64,000 bases of DNA from Bacteroidales bacterium (GTDB taxonomy: Bacteria > Bacteroidota > Bacteroidia > Bacteroidales > JAAUTT01): contig JBBQTB010000011.1 of assembly GCA_038213375.1 (NCBI GenBank), forward strand, positions 54,340 through 118,339, given 5' to 3'. How positions within the stretch are numbered: the first letter of the stretch is position 1; every line of letters starts with the position of its first letter. A model generated the notes under the pieces. That model saw only the letters and a program-made list of their open reading frames with translations, searched no databases and was not told the DNA's origin. Positions 25,148-36,129 of the stretch are shown here, in pieces. Made by a program: the position numbers and the translations under genes.

Positions 25148-25207
25148 GTTGTTAATAACCGGAAATAACTTTAAGCGAAGCGTAAAGTTATTCTGGTTAT
25201 TAACAAC
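25148..25207. repeat. long imperfect hairpin inside the IS3 end
   Basis: GTTGTTAATAACCGGAAATAACTTTA (25148-25173) pairs with TAAAGTTATTCTGGTTATTAACAAC (25183-25207), with 1 mismatch and 1 indel. The loop is AGCGAAGCG. It lies between the orfB stop and the IS terminus. Confidence 0.6.
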
Positions 25208-25267
25208 TTTTCTTTTTTGCCTACTTTTTTCTTTTGTTAGCATCTCCGTTTTTTGTTAATAACTGCC

Positions 25268-26110
25268 TCAAGCTGCATTATACAATTCAGAAGGAAACTT
25301 ATCCCCAATACGGCTGTGCCTTCTCTCCATGTTATAAAAGTTGAAATAGGTTTTAAGTCCCTGGAAGAGTTCAAGTCCATCTTCATAGGCTCTTGGATAA
25401 ATACCCTCGTACTTAAGGCTTCGCCAAAGCCGTTCCACGAAAATATTGTCCGTTGCCCTTCCTTTACCATCCATGCTGATGGTAATTCCATGGTTTTGTA
25501 GATTTTGAATGTATTGGTCACTTGTAAATTGACTGCCTTGATCGCTGTTAAATATTTCGGGTGTTCCATGCTTCTCGATAGCCCTGTTCACCGCAGCCAC
25601 ACACCATTCCGTATCCATCGTGTTCGACAGCGACCAGCCTACAACAAACCGGCTGTAGACGTCGATGATCGCAATTAAATACATGAATCCGCCCTTGATG
25701 GCAATGTACGTGATATCGACCTCCCAAACATGATTGGGATGGGTTACTGTTAAATTCCGCAGCAGATATGGATACTTTTTATGTAGTTTATTTCCTTTTG
25801 AAGTATGTGGTCCGGGAACCATGCCATAGATGCGCATCAGCTTGTAAAGCCGCTCTGTTCGCTTTTCATTAATGGAATACCCTTTATCTAAGTTCAACCA
25901 TTTGGTCATCGTGGGGACGCCCATAAAAGGGCATTCCGTATGCTTTTTATCAATCAGGTGCATCAGTTCCAAGTTCAACGGCTTTTCGGTTGCTGCCTTG
26001 TAATAATACCCCGAGCGATGAATGCTCAGTAACTGACATTGGCGATTAACGCTGATTTTCTTATTTGCCTTGTCCACGATGGAGCGACGCTCCAGGTAGG
26101 ATTGCTTCAT
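25268..26110 (-). CDS. IS3-family transposase OrfB (DDE integrase core)
   Basis: WEVDITYI, NSDQGSQFTS and VERLWRSLKYE give the D, D, E triad context typical of the IS3 family. Confidence 0.9.
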   Translation of the reverse strand: MKQSYLERRSIVDKANKKISVNRQCQLLSIHRSGYYYKAATEKPLNLELMHLIDKKHTECPFMGVPTMTKWLNLDKGYSINEKRTERLYKLMRIYGMVPGPHTSKGNKLHKKYPYLLRNLTVTHPNHVWEVDITYIAIKGGFMYLIAIIDVYSRFVVGWSLSNTMDTEWCVAAVNRAIEKHGTPEIFNSDQGSQFTSDQYIQNLQNHGITISMDGKGRATDNIFVERLWRSLKYEGIYPRAYEDGLELFQGLKTYFNFYNMERRHSRIGDKFPSELYNAA

Positions 26111-26385
26111 GACAAGGCTTTTCTTAAAAAATCGTTTTCTACTTTTAACTGGCCGATCACTTGAAAGAGTCGATCCTTTTCTTTATCCTCAACGGCGGTG
26201 GTACCAGGCTTGGTTTTATCAAAAACCGCAGCGGCTTTTTCTAAAAACTCTTTCTTCCAATCGTTGATCTGGTTCGGGTGCAGTTCGTACTTTAAAGCAA
26301 GTGCTGAGATGCTTTCTCTTTCTTTCAAAGCGTCAAGGACTACCTTGGATTTGAATTCCGGTGTGAATTTTCTTTTCGATCTCAT
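26107..26385 (-). CDS. IS3-family transposase OrfA (HTH)
   Basis: RSKRKFTPEFKSKVV... is typical of OrfA. ATGA overlap with orfB. Candidate -1 slippery heptamer TTTTTTA (minus strand, 26125-26131). Confidence 0.9.
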   Translation of the reverse strand: MRSKRKFTPEFKSKVVLDALKERESISALALKYELHPNQINDWKKEFLEKAAAVFDKTKPGTTAVEDKEKDRLFQVIGQLKVENDFLRKALS

Positions 26386-26762
26386 TTGACAACAAGTTAA
26401 GGATTAATTTCTACTTTAGTAATTAATTGTTAAATCTGTTGTCCTAAAATTTGGGGTAACTATAATAAAAATTATTAGTATGATAATATTTATTCTTAAA
26501 AGAATTAGTATTTTGTTTGATGGTTAAATCGAAAAGCCGATAGCTTGCATATTTAAACACTTTAAATATATATAATCAGGAAATGACTTCCAAATAAAAT
26601 ATGAAGCAATAAACTTGCTATTTGTATTGTTGCTTGTGTAATAATTAAATATTGTGGAAAATATTTTGACTCCACAGCTAAAATATTTCTCTTCCAAACA
26701 GTACGCTTCTATCCGGAAGCATAAACTTATTTTTCCTTTTTACTAGGAAGAGCTTATATAGT

Positions 26763-29700
26763 CTATATTTCAAAACCCCCACTAATAATAAATTTTTGAA
26801 GCAAGTTATGTACCCTTATATTTATTTTGAATAGCGGAATTGTTGAACCTTCCACTTTTTCAAAATACGCTTTTGCCTTGTCTTTATCAACAGTATTCTT
26901 AAGATCATCAAATCGTCCATATTCATTGATGTTTGATTCGGTAATACCGATATTCATCAAATTTTGTAGCCTTATTTGGTCTATTCCGAGAAGTTGGGAG
27001 ATGTGATGGATTTCTTCATTTTTAGCTTTAGATTGATACTCAGTAATGTAATCTCGGAAAGTTTTGCCACTTTCTATTGTTAAATTCCCACATTGGACAT
27101 CATGAAGAAAGATATTGGCATACTTTTGTTCTTCCTGGGTTAAAGATGCAAATGATTTATGCAATTCGTCTAAAGTCTGCTGAATTTGGCTGTTATCGAC
27201 ATCTTCTTTTTTCAGCGTTTTAAGAAATTTTTCAAAACGTGAATTCATATAATCTGTGTCAATAACTCCTGTATCTATTTCGGTTAAGTATCCATCAATT
27301 TCAAAAGGAATATCATCTAAGCCCATGCCTCCGCCACCACTAAATAATTCTTTGTAACGAAGAGCTAATATGAGGTAGATATTTTCATCAAATCTTAGTT
27401 CTATTACCTTCTTTTCCTTACCTTTCCCAAACTCATATTTTAATCGACTCCATTTAAAACCTTGAATTTTGGAGGCTTCTAAAAAGTTGTTTAAAGTTTT
27501 AAAGAGGGTGGCGAACCTGCCACGTTCGGTTAAATCGTCCGGCAACTTCTCGAAATTATTAATGCCTGCTCCTTTAAACAATTGGGAAATCTCCTCAAAT
27601 ATTAAATTCATTGTATTTAAGTTGGAATCTAAATGTTCCGCAAACAGACCTAAAGGTTTATCGCCAGAATATAATTTAACTGCTTTGGCAATATTCTGTT
27701 CCATTGTATGAGGCATTCGATAATAACGAATAGTTCCGAAAGGCTTATCGGGGCCGAAAAGTCTATTTGTACGGGAGAAGGCTTGAATGATATTTTCATA
27801 TTTAAGTACCTTATCTAAATAGAGGGTATTTATCCACTTGGAATCAAACCCCGTTAGCATTTGGTCAACCACAATCAACAAATCAATTTGTTTCTCAGGC
27901 ATTTTTTCTATCCTGATGTAGGGCTCTTTATGAGCAAGCCTGGAAGCAATATCTTTCTTGAATTTTGAATGGCTAGCAAGCGTAAAATCCATTTCGTAAC
28001 GATTATTGTAATCTTCTAATATTTCAACTAATCCATCTTCTTTAAATATCACACCACCATTGTTATCAATATTTGGGTCGAATAGCGCTGTGATTTTTAA
28101 TTCAGGTTTTAAATTTTTTATCAACCTGAAATATTCAATTGCTTCTGGTATACTGCTTGTTGCAAATATGGCATGAAATTTACCGTTTTGGCTTAGAACT
28201 AACCAGTTGTTCAAAATATCTTCAACTACCTTGGTTTGATGCTCCTCTCTCTCGTATTGAGATAATGACAAATAATCTTCAATTCCTTTTAAATAATTGC
28301 CCGTTGAGTCTATATACCCAGCCATTTTTACCTGCATCATGTACTTATTGAAGATTTTCTTTTTTTCCGGATTGGACAATGCGTCTTTTTCATCGATCGC
28401 GCGGGCTTTTTCAAGGGCAACTGCCGTTCTTAAATCCTTATCCCTGTATGTTAACACCTTATAAGGATCAAAGCCAAGTACATTTTTGTCACGAATTCCA
28501 TCGGCAATGCTATACCTGTGTAATTCATCGCCAAACACTGTTGTTGTAGTGTTCATTTTCTTTTGGTTTTCCTCGTGAATTGGAGTTCCGGTAAAACCAA
28601 AAAATATTGCGGTTGGAAATGTGCTTTTTATTGTGGGCAGCATATTTTCTCCAAACGTAGAGCGGTGGCATTCATCTACAATAAAGACAATCCTTTTGGC
28701 ATTCATAATCTCGATGTCATGCGCATTAAGCCCGTCAGCCTCATCTTTAATATTGCTCATCTTTTGAATAGATGTAACAATTAAGGTATTTGCCGGATCG
28801 GTACTTTTAAGTTTAGTAACCAAAACCGCTGTGTTTTCGGTAGCCTGCACATCTTCATTTTCATCGGCAAATCCTCGGTATTCCTTCAACGATTGTGTGC
28901 CAAGCTCAATTCTGTCCATTAAAAAAATAACTTTATCAGCATCTTTTGAATTGGCAATAAGTTGTGCCGACTTAAAACTGGTCATTGTTTTACCTGAGCC
29001 AGTAGTATGCCAAATAAAGCCACCAAGCAGATGCTTACTTTTCCAATCGGTTTTAGCAACCTTGTCGGATATTGCATTGGCTGCATAATACTGGTAGCTC
29101 CGCATTACTTTAAGCACCCCGTCGGTATTGTCGGCCACGGTATAGAAACCAATTAATTGGTGTGCCATAGGAATGGATAATAGCGATGAGGCAATATCTT
29201 TCCAATTGTTTATGGGTTCGTTGTTAAAGTCGGCCCAATGAAAATAAAAATCCTTATTAAATTTTCCGTCGAGCCCTGGGTTGGCAAAGTAAACTGTTTC
29301 GTCAGGCTCCATAGCAACAAAAATCTGAATCAGCGAAAACAGGCCAGTAAAGATTCCTTCATTCGAATATTTTTCAATTTGATGATATGCCTGACTTACT
29401 GATACTCCACTTTTTTTTAATTCTACATGAATAACAGGCATCCCATTGATTAAAAGCATTATATCACCCCGTCTATCGTTCAAGATTTTTGATTTACTCT
29501 TGTACCGGGGTTGTTGTGCGATTTGATAGCGACTTTGCCCTGCTGCAATCTCAAGACGGTCGTATATTTTGAGACTTATTTCTTTACCAAAATGTAAGGT
29601 GTCATCTGGATTATCTCTGGTAATAGAAACCGTTTTACCATTTATGAAACCGTTTAGTTTGAGTGGAGTTCTCAAATTGGTAATCTGCTCCATAACTTGT

Positions 29701-29891
29701 TGCATTTCGCCATCGGTTAAAGGAAAGTCGTTAAGACGGTCAACGCCCCGGTTGTTCTCGAAGAGAATGGCTGCCCAATTCTTAAGCAAATCCTCTTCCG
29801 TTGGATTCTTTAAGACCTCTTTTTCCCATCCTTTTTTTGAAAGGGCTTGTAGTAAGGCTTCTTCGAACTCGATTTCTTTAGTAAATGTCAT
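26763..29891 (-). CDS. hsdR: type I restriction enzyme R subunit
   Basis: N-terminal nuclease motif GDIMLLINGMPVIHVELKK. Helicase motifs HTTGSGKTMTSF, FIVDECHRS, GFTGTP, LTGFDS, QAFSRTNR. Confidence 0.9.
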   Translation of the reverse strand: MTFTKEIEFEEALLQALSKKGWEKEVLKNPTEEDLLKNWAAILFENNRGVDRLNDFPLTDGEMQQVMEQITNLRTPLKLNGFINGKTVSITRDNPDDTLHFGKEISLKIYDRLEIAAGQSRYQIAQQPRYKSKSKILNDRRGDIMLLINGMPVIHVELKKSGVSVSQAYHQIEKYSNEGIFTGLFSLIQIFVAMEPDETVYFANPGLDGKFNKDFYFHWADFNNEPINNWKDIASSLLSIPMAHQLIGFYTVADNTDGVLKVMRSYQYYAANAISDKVAKTDWKSKHLLGGFIWHTTGSGKTMTSFKSAQLIANSKDADKVIFLMDRIELGTQSLKEYRGFADENEDVQATENTAVLVTKLKSTDPANTLIVTSIQKMSNIKDEADGLNAHDIEIMNAKRIVFIVDECHRSTFGENMLPTIKSTFPTAIFFGFTGTPIHEENQKKMNTTTTVFGDELHRYSIADGIRDKNVLGFDPYKVLTYRDKDLRTAVALEKARAIDEKDALSNPEKKKIFNKYMMQVKMAGYIDSTGNYLKGIEDYLSLSQYEREEHQTKVVEDILNNWLVLSQNGKFHAIFATSSIPEAIEYFRLIKNLKPELKITALFDPNIDNNGGVIFKEDGLVEILEDYNNRYEMDFTLASHSKFKKDIASRLAHKEPYIRIEKMPEKQIDLLIVVDQMLTGFDSKWINTLYLDKVLKYENIIQAFSRTNRLFGPDKPFGTIRYYRMPHTMEQNIAKAVKLYSGDKPLGLFAEHLDSNLNTMNLIFEEISQLFKGAGINNFEKLPDDLTERGRFATLFKTLNNFLEASKIQGFKWSRLKYEFGKGKEKKVIELRFDENIYLILALRYKELFSGGGGMGLDDIPFEIDGYLTEIDTGVIDTDYMNSRFEKFLKTLKKEDVDNSQIQQTLDELHKSFASLTQEEQKYANIFLHDVQCGNLTIESGKTFRDYITEYQSKAKNEEIHHISQLLGIDQIRLQNLMNIGITESNINEYGRFDDLKNTVDKDKAKAYFEKVEGSTIPLFKINIRVHNLLQKFIISGGFEI

Positions 29892-29926
29892 TTTATCGGA
29901 ATGCTTTTATTTGTAAGGTTTGAAAT

Positions 29927-31156
29927 TTAGACAACCATTTTTTCAAAACAAGCTTTTTTAATATTTTTTAGTTTTACCAGTTCATGCTCATGAAGAGTGA
30001 TTAAGTTATCAAGGTTTTCAAAGTAATGTCCAATTAAACCCTGTTCTTCTTTACTTGGAAATAATAATTTAACTTGCTTTAAATCACTATTACGCAAGTG
30101 TACAACTGATTTTCCTTGAGCAAGCCTTGATAATTCTTTCTGTTGTTTGCCATTAGAGATAGCCAATGCTAAAAAAACAGAATTTATCTTACTGTTTGGA
30201 TATATAATATTAAGGTCTCCTCCTAATAAAATACCTGGTTTGACAACCGCAGAGGCTCTAGCTATATCCTCTGGTGTTTCTCCGGAAGCAGGGACAATAA
30301 CTTCGTTTCCAGTACTATAAATGGAATCCTTTTGATCCAAGACAAAAGTATTCACTTCAGAAATAATCGACTTATAATTTGTATATAATGAACCATATAG
30401 GATGATTGCTGTACCAGCTTCAACTAAATCATTCTTAGAATATCCCCGGCCTTTTGAAAAATTAGCAAGTTTATGTAAATCACACATTTCCCAGATGTCT
30501 CCAAATCCTTTAAACCGAATCTCTGGAACATCAGCATCGTTATTGGGAAACATCTTTTCTAGCATTGCTTTTCTTATTGTTCCCAATTTGTCACTCTTTC
30601 GTTGATGAAACGTGATAAGCCGGTCTAAATATTCAAAGTAAGCACCTATTTTTTTTTGTTCACCCAATGATGGTGAAATGTTTACACTAAGCGATAGCAG
30701 ATTTTCGGGCTTAACAGATTGGCGTTTTACAACAGTACCTTCTTCATATTGCAATGCTCGTAATTTAAATTTTTCGCTTTTTACAATCAATTCAATAAAC
30801 GAGGGTTCTTCTTCGGTAGTGAAGGTGACATATATTGGAGATATTACACCTCTTTTATGCTTATTACGGTCAATTGCGCCATATTTAAGATTTGAAGGAT
30901 TGTAAACTATATCGTTGTACTCCGTTAGTTTATAAATCTTATTCGTTGGGTCTAACGTTAAATGGTCACGATTATTCGATTTTCTTTCACTTCTGTCAAT
31001 TACACCCTGGCCAGCAGCAAATGCCAATATTGGAGCATCATCTGTTATTTTTTGAAAGATTTTCCGTTCAGTCAAAATTTTTCCCAGCTCCAACTGCTTC
31101 CAATTTTCTGTAAATCCAGTAAACCGAACCTCCGGGTTTTTTATTATCTCTGCCAT
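29927..31156 (-). CDS. hsdS: type I R-M specificity subunit
   Basis: Two target-recognition halves, each opened by a PE(V/I)RF(T/K)GF...W motif and closed by conserved helices (LDRLITFHQRK / LDNLITLHEHE). Confidence 0.85.
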   Translation of the reverse strand: MAEIIKNPEVRFTGFTENWKQLELGKILTERKIFQKITDDAPILAFAAGQGVIDRSERKSNNRDHLTLDPTNKIYKLTEYNDIVYNPSNLKYGAIDRNKHKRGVISPIYVTFTTEEEPSFIELIVKSEKFKLRALQYEEGTVVKRQSVKPENLLSLSVNISPSLGEQKKIGAYFEYLDRLITFHQRKSDKLGTIRKAMLEKMFPNNDADVPEIRFKGFGDIWEMCDLHKLANFSKGRGYSKNDLVEAGTAIILYGSLYTNYKSIISEVNTFVLDQKDSIYSTGNEVIVPASGETPEDIARASAVVKPGILLGGDLNIIYPNSKINSVFLALAISNGKQQKELSRLAQGKSVVHLRNSDLKQVKLLFPSKEEQGLIGHYFENLDNLITLHEHELVKLKNIKKACFEKMVV

Positions 31157-31157
31157 T

Positions 31158-33665
31158 CTATTCAGCCCTTAATAAATCTTTAAATTCTATAAGACCAGCC
31201 ATATCAAATTCATTACCTTCAAGCTCATCAATCAACGATGACAGGACTTTTTCACTTTCATGTATCTCTTCCATAACATGAGAATAAGTGGTAATATATT
31301 TTTCAGAAAGCGCCTGTACTTTAGTCGTCAATTCACTGATAACTACTTCGGGAAGCTGGTTCAATGATGTTACTAATGGGCTAATCCATTTGAGTTCGAG
31401 CAATTCGTATACTTGCTTTTCAGAAAGCTTTTCAATAGTATCTTTTGTTTTTAGATGCAGCTTTTCAGCTTCTGACTTCACCTGTTTCTTAAGTTCTTTT
31501 TCTTCCTCAATCAGTTCTGCTACCTTAAGAATTTTGGTCTCATAAGAATCTTCAGGATAAACACTGGTTTTCTTTGCGTCTATCTTTAACTGCTTGGCTT
31601 CTTTTGTAACTTCAGCATTCACAAAACTATCCTTTGCCTCACTCACGGTATCCGCATCCTTTTCTTCTTCCGAAAGTGATTCAAGGATTTGTTCATATTC
31701 AGATGTAATATCAGTAAGACGTTTTTCTTTTAATTTAAGCTTTTGTAAATCATTTTGCAGGTAAGTCTCCTGAACAAGTTCAAACGGCATAATACGACCA
31801 CTCCACCCCTCTTGAACTTCCTGCTCCTTTCCTTCTTTTTTCTTAATCACCATATTTGGATCAACTTTTCCGGTTGCCTCAAAACCTTCTGTCTGGATAA
31901 TTTCCAAATCAACTTTTATTTTATCCCAATCATCATCAAGAAGCTGATAAGCCTCGTATTTGTCTATCAGCGGAACAAATTCTAAACGTCTAAAAATATC
32001 ATCGCTCAAAACCGTTTCTTCTTTTGAAATCTTTACAGTCATCATATTGGTAAAGAGTTCATTCTTGAGAAAACTATCAAAATTGCCAAAAGATGTTTTA
32101 AAATTTTCCACAAACTCTTTAACATTGAGGTGTTCTTGAATTGTACTTCTAATATCTTCGACTTTTAAATCAGCATAAGCTGAGGATGATTTAGAAAATA
32201 AGAATTCTCGCAAACCCGGAAATGCTTCCCAATATCTTTCAAGTTCATCTATTTCTTTTTCTGGAATACCACCAAACATAGACGCATAAATATTCCAGCT
32301 TTCAGGGTTCTCTGAAGAATCAACATATCTTGGAATATTAAGGTTGTATTCATTTTTACGGATTTCATCCCTGCTTACCAACTTGGAGTATTTTGGGCGA
32401 ATTTCTCTACCAATCACAGTGTCAGCAATTCTTTTAATATCCGAAGCTCTAAGCTTGTTATTTTTACCTGCTTTAATAAAGCCTTTGGAAGCATCAACTA
32501 TTAGAACATCAGTATTATCTCGTTTTTGTTTCAAAACTATAACAATAGTAGGAATACCGGTGCCAAAGAAAATACTGGCTGGTAGCCCAATTATGGCATC
32601 AATATGATTGGCCTCAATCAGTTTTTCACGAATTACACCTTCTTCTCCACCACGAAACAGAACGCCATGAGGAAGTACAATTGTCATGATTCCGTTCGGC
32701 TTCAAATGGTACAAGTCATGAAGCAGAAAAGCATAGTCGGCTTTTGCTTTTGGAGCAAGGCCAAATCGTGCATAACGAGGGTCGGTTTCTTTGTTGCTAG
32801 AATCCCACTTCTGAGAATAAGGTGGATTAGAAACTACTGCATCAACGTAAAGCGGATTGTATGTGTGTATGGGGTCGTTTCATCAAAATATGGCCAATCT
32901 GTCTCTAGGGTATCTCCATTGCGAGTTACAATATTATTTGGAAGAATACCACGCATAACCAAATTCATTCGGGTAAGGTTATAAGTGTTCTGCTTTAATT
33001 CCTGAGCATAATATTTAATATTGTTTTCATCATCAATATGTTTCGCAATGCTACTACCAATATTAATCAGTAATGAGCCTGATCCACTTGTTGGGTCATA
33101 AATTTGGATTTCTTTTTTGTTTTTTGAATGATCCGCAACAATTTCAGACATTAAAAGGGAAACTTCGTGAGGAGTATAAAACTCACCAGCTTTTTTACCA
33201 GCATTGGCGGCGAACATACCAATCAAGTATTCATAAATGAAGCCAAGCACATCATAATCCTGCTTGCCATCCATAGGTATGTCTTTTATCAACTGAAGAA
33301 GCTCACTGATTGCCTTTGTTTGTGAAGCGGCACTATCTCCAAGTTTACTTAAGCCAGAATGCAAAATATCGAAAATGCCATCAAATAATTTTTTATGGGC
33401 AGGACTTATTAAACGGCTAAAAGCAGACAATGCGTCTCTGACATTGGAAACATCAAAGTCTTTACCCATTTTAATCCAGGTGGAAAACAAATCTTTATAG
33501 GCTATAAAATAGCCAATATTACTTTTTATATGTTCTACTGTTTCGGCATCATCTTCTGAAAGTGCTTTAATATCTTCATCAGAAAAATCACCCATTCGTG
33601 CAAATTGCATTTCTTTATCCGATAGATATTTATAAAAAATGAATCCCAAGATATAATCCTTGTAT
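31158..33665 (-). pseudogene. hsdM: type I R-M methyltransferase subunit, body: frameshifted and separated from its first 27 codons by IS21
   Basis: The 271-aa piece carries motif I YDPTSGSGSLL. The next frame reads NPLYVDAVVSNPPYSQKWD (motif IV) and continues into the 518-aa piece. The frame switch must occur within 32834-32880. At the 5' side the ORF reads DYILGFIFYKYLS right up to the IS21 junction. Confidence 0.85.
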
Positions 33666-33766
33666 TGTATATATTAATTGAAAAGTATACCACTGTATTA
33701 ATATGAAGGGTACCACTTATCGAAATAAACCACGTTGCTTTATGAGAAAAAAAGCAACTACAAACA

Positions 33767-35323
33767 ATGATAAGTATGGATACCAAACAAGAAATTATCC
33801 GCAGGTATTTCCGTGAGAATGACACAGAGCGTAAAATCGCACGGGATATGCAAATCAGCCGAAAGACTGTAAAGAAATACCTTCAGGAATATCTGAAGGC
33901 GGAAAAAGTCAGCCAGGACGAAAACGACCCAGAAAGACTTCAAGACTTTAGTCACAGCTTTCCCGTTTATCGTAGCGAAGGCAGATACCGAAGAAGGCTC
34001 ACCCCCGAAATGGAGACAATCATTAAAGAACAAGTAGCCGATAATGAACGAAAAAAGAAGGAAGGGCTCCGCAAGCAAATAAAACGAAAAATAGACATTC
34101 TTGAGCTATTGCATTCGAAAGGCTTTCGCATTGGCTATACCACCGTATGTAACTATATCCGAGAGGATAAAATAATAACCCAGGAAACTTATATCAAGCA
34201 GGTTCATTTACCTGGGGAAGAATGTGAATTTGACTGGGCCGAGGTAAAGCTTCAAATTGCAGGTGTACAAAAACGCTTATACCTGGCCGTATTTACAACA
34301 GCATATGGCAATTATCGTTACTGTGGGTTATACACACGTCAGGACACCCTTGCATTCATGGAATCTCACAATGATTTTTTTGAACACGTTGGAGGAGTAT
34401 ACCACGAAATGGTTTACGATAATATGCGAGTGGCTATAGCTGAGTTTGCAGGGCGCCACGAGAAAACACCTACCGAAGCGCTAACAGGTCTCTCGGGTTG
34501 GTACCATTTTCGCTGGCGGTTTTGTAACGTGCGACGGGGCAATGAAAAAGGGCACGTTGAACGAAGTGTGGAATACATCCGCCGTAAAGCATTTAGTCAT
34601 ATTGACACATTTGATACTCATGCACAGGCACAAGCACACTTGGAAGCTACCTGTCAAAGGCTCAACAGCTATCCATTAACCACTACCGGGAAAAAACCAA
34701 TGACGTCTCTGGAAGAAGAGAAATCAACTTTATGGAAATACCCGGGAGTGATGTGCTGTTATTTAACCCAAGCCTTAAGAGTAGACAAATATGCCACCAT
34801 TTGTTTTGGCACCAACCGGTACTCCGTTCCCGACCATCTTTGTGGCCGTATGGTAGAGGTGAAAATTTATTCCAATAAATTGAAAGTGTATTACCAGAAT
34901 GCCCTTGTATGCCAGCAGGAGCGAAATTATGGAATGCACCAATGGCAAATCAATATTGAACACTACCTTCGGACACTTTTATTAAAGCCGGGGGCATTGC
35001 ATGGTTCCTTAGCTTTAGAACAAGTGCCAACAGAGTTAAAGGAACTGTACCTACAATACTTTAAGAGTCAGCCGCGTGGGTTTATTGATATTCTGCACTA
35101 TTGTCAAGCCAAAGCAGTATCATCCAAAAAGCTAGTGGATACGGTCACTCAATTAACCCAATTATGCCCCAATGACGTATCGTGCGAAAAAGTAATTGCC
35201 CTACTGGGCAATCAAACGCCCCTTACGTTGATCACCACCAAGGTTATTGAAGGAGAAATAGAACACTTTTCGCATATGCAACTTCAGGAAATAGCTTCTA
35301 TAGTCAATAATATTAAAAACTAA
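33767..35323 (+). CDS. istA: IS21-family transposase IstA
   Basis: 518-aa ORF with an N-terminal HTH (ISRKTVKKYL) and a DDE-type core. Followed 5 nt later by istB. Confidence 0.9.
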   Translation: MISMDTKQEIIRRYFRENDTERKIARDMQISRKTVKKYLQEYLKAEKVSQDENDPERLQDFSHSFPVYRSEGRYRRRLTPEMETIIKEQVADNERKKKEGLRKQIKRKIDILELLHSKGFRIGYTTVCNYIREDKIITQETYIKQVHLPGEECEFDWAEVKLQIAGVQKRLYLAVFTTAYGNYRYCGLYTRQDTLAFMESHNDFFEHVGGVYHEMVYDNMRVAIAEFAGRHEKTPTEALTGLSGWYHFRWRFCNVRRGNEKGHVERSVEYIRRKAFSHIDTFDTHAQAQAHLEATCQRLNSYPLTTTGKKPMTSLEEEKSTLWKYPGVMCCYLTQALRVDKYATICFGTNRYSVPDHLCGRMVEVKIYSNKLKVYYQNALVCQQERNYGMHQWQINIEHYLRTLLLKPGALHGSLALEQVPTELKELYLQYFKSQPRGFIDILHYCQAKAVSSKKLVDTVTQLTQLCPNDVSCEKVIALLGNQTPLTLITTKVIEGEIEHFSHMQLQEIASIVNNIKN

Positions 35324-35328
35324 ACACG

Positions 35329-36093
35329 ATGATTAATAAAGATATAAAACAACAAATTGTACAGCTCAGTAAAGAATTACATCTACCGGCTTTTCGTCGC
35401 GAATTTGAAGAGCTTGCCAGTGAATCCGCCAAGGAAAGTCTCACGTACGAACAGTTCTTACTCAAACTTATGGAACGGGAATACATAACGCGCGATGAAA
35501 ACCGTCGAAAGGCACAAGTCCGCCAGGCTGGTTTTGCGCAATATAAATACCTTCATGAGCTTTCTCGCGAGGATCTGCCCTCTGATGCTAATACAAAACT
35601 AACTATGCTTGAACGGCTTGATTTTATCAAAACCGGGCAGAACATTATCCTCTCGGGGAATCCCGGAACCGGCAAAACACACCTGGCCACAGGATTAGGG
35701 TTAAAGGCATGTGCCGAAGGGTACAAGGTGCTGTTTACAACAGTATCGCGCCTGCTGACACAAATCCGGGAAAGTCATTCACAAAAAATACTCAGGGCAC
35801 TGGAAAATAAATTTGAAAAATACGATCTGGTTATATGCGATGAATTTGGATATATCTCTTTTGATAAAGAAGGTGCTGAGCTTCTATTTAGCCATCTTTC
35901 ACTGCGATGTGGACGAAAGTCGACCATCATTACCACAAATCTTTCATTTGAACGTTGGGGTGAGATTTTTGGAGATCCAGTATTAACGGCAGCCATGGTA
36001 GATAGGCTTACACACAAGGCACACATTATTAGCATGAATGGAAAGTCGTATAGGGTGAAAGAGACGAAGCAGATGACAGAGGGAAGTCACTAA
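35329..36093 (+). CDS. istB: IS21-family helper ATPase IstB
   Basis: Walker A GNPGTGKTHLA and Walker B LVICDEFGY. DnaC-like. Confidence 0.9.
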   Translation: MINKDIKQQIVQLSKELHLPAFRREFEELASESAKESLTYEQFLLKLMEREYITRDENRRKAQVRQAGFAQYKYLHELSREDLPSDANTKLTMLERLDFIKTGQNIILSGNPGTGKTHLATGLGLKACAEGYKVLFTTVSRLLTQIRESHSQKILRALENKFEKYDLVICDEFGYISFDKEGAELLFSHLSLRCGRKSTIITTNLSFERWGEIFGDPVLTAAMVDRLTHKAHIISMNGKSYRVKETKQMTEGSH

Positions 36094-36129
36094 AAAAATA
36101 AAAAATGATAGGCCACTATTGCAGAGCAC

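Larger units (their letters stand above)
25092..26460 (-). mobile_element. IS3-family insertion sequence (ends approximate)
   Basis: orfA/orfB pair. Imperfect terminal inverted repeats: 25092-25112 versus the reverse complement of 26440-26460 match at about 15 of 21 positions, sharing CCCC...TAGGACA. Confidence 0.65.

Noticed and set aside
26461-26762. Missing 5' part of the IS3-truncated gene, or a small gene, in the AT-rich spacer
   Set aside because: All minus-strand frames are peppered with stops and only tiny ORFs appear. I treat it as non-coding DNA downstream of hsdR.
32861-32874. Phase-variable simple-sequence repeat causing the hsdM frameshift
   Set aside because: The tract is only ATGTGTGTAT followed by GGGG. 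That is too short to be a convincing contingency locus, so I treat it as an ordinary frameshift or a possible sequencing error.
32604-32984. 126-aa plus-strand ORF (and other listed ORFs nested antisense in large genes, e.g. 620-889, 4034-4534, 5746-6099, 21110-21580, 40779-41195, 45441-45839)
   Set aside because: They lie entirely within, and antisense or out of frame to, well-supported long genes. They have low-complexity or hydrophobic shadow-frame composition and no motifs.
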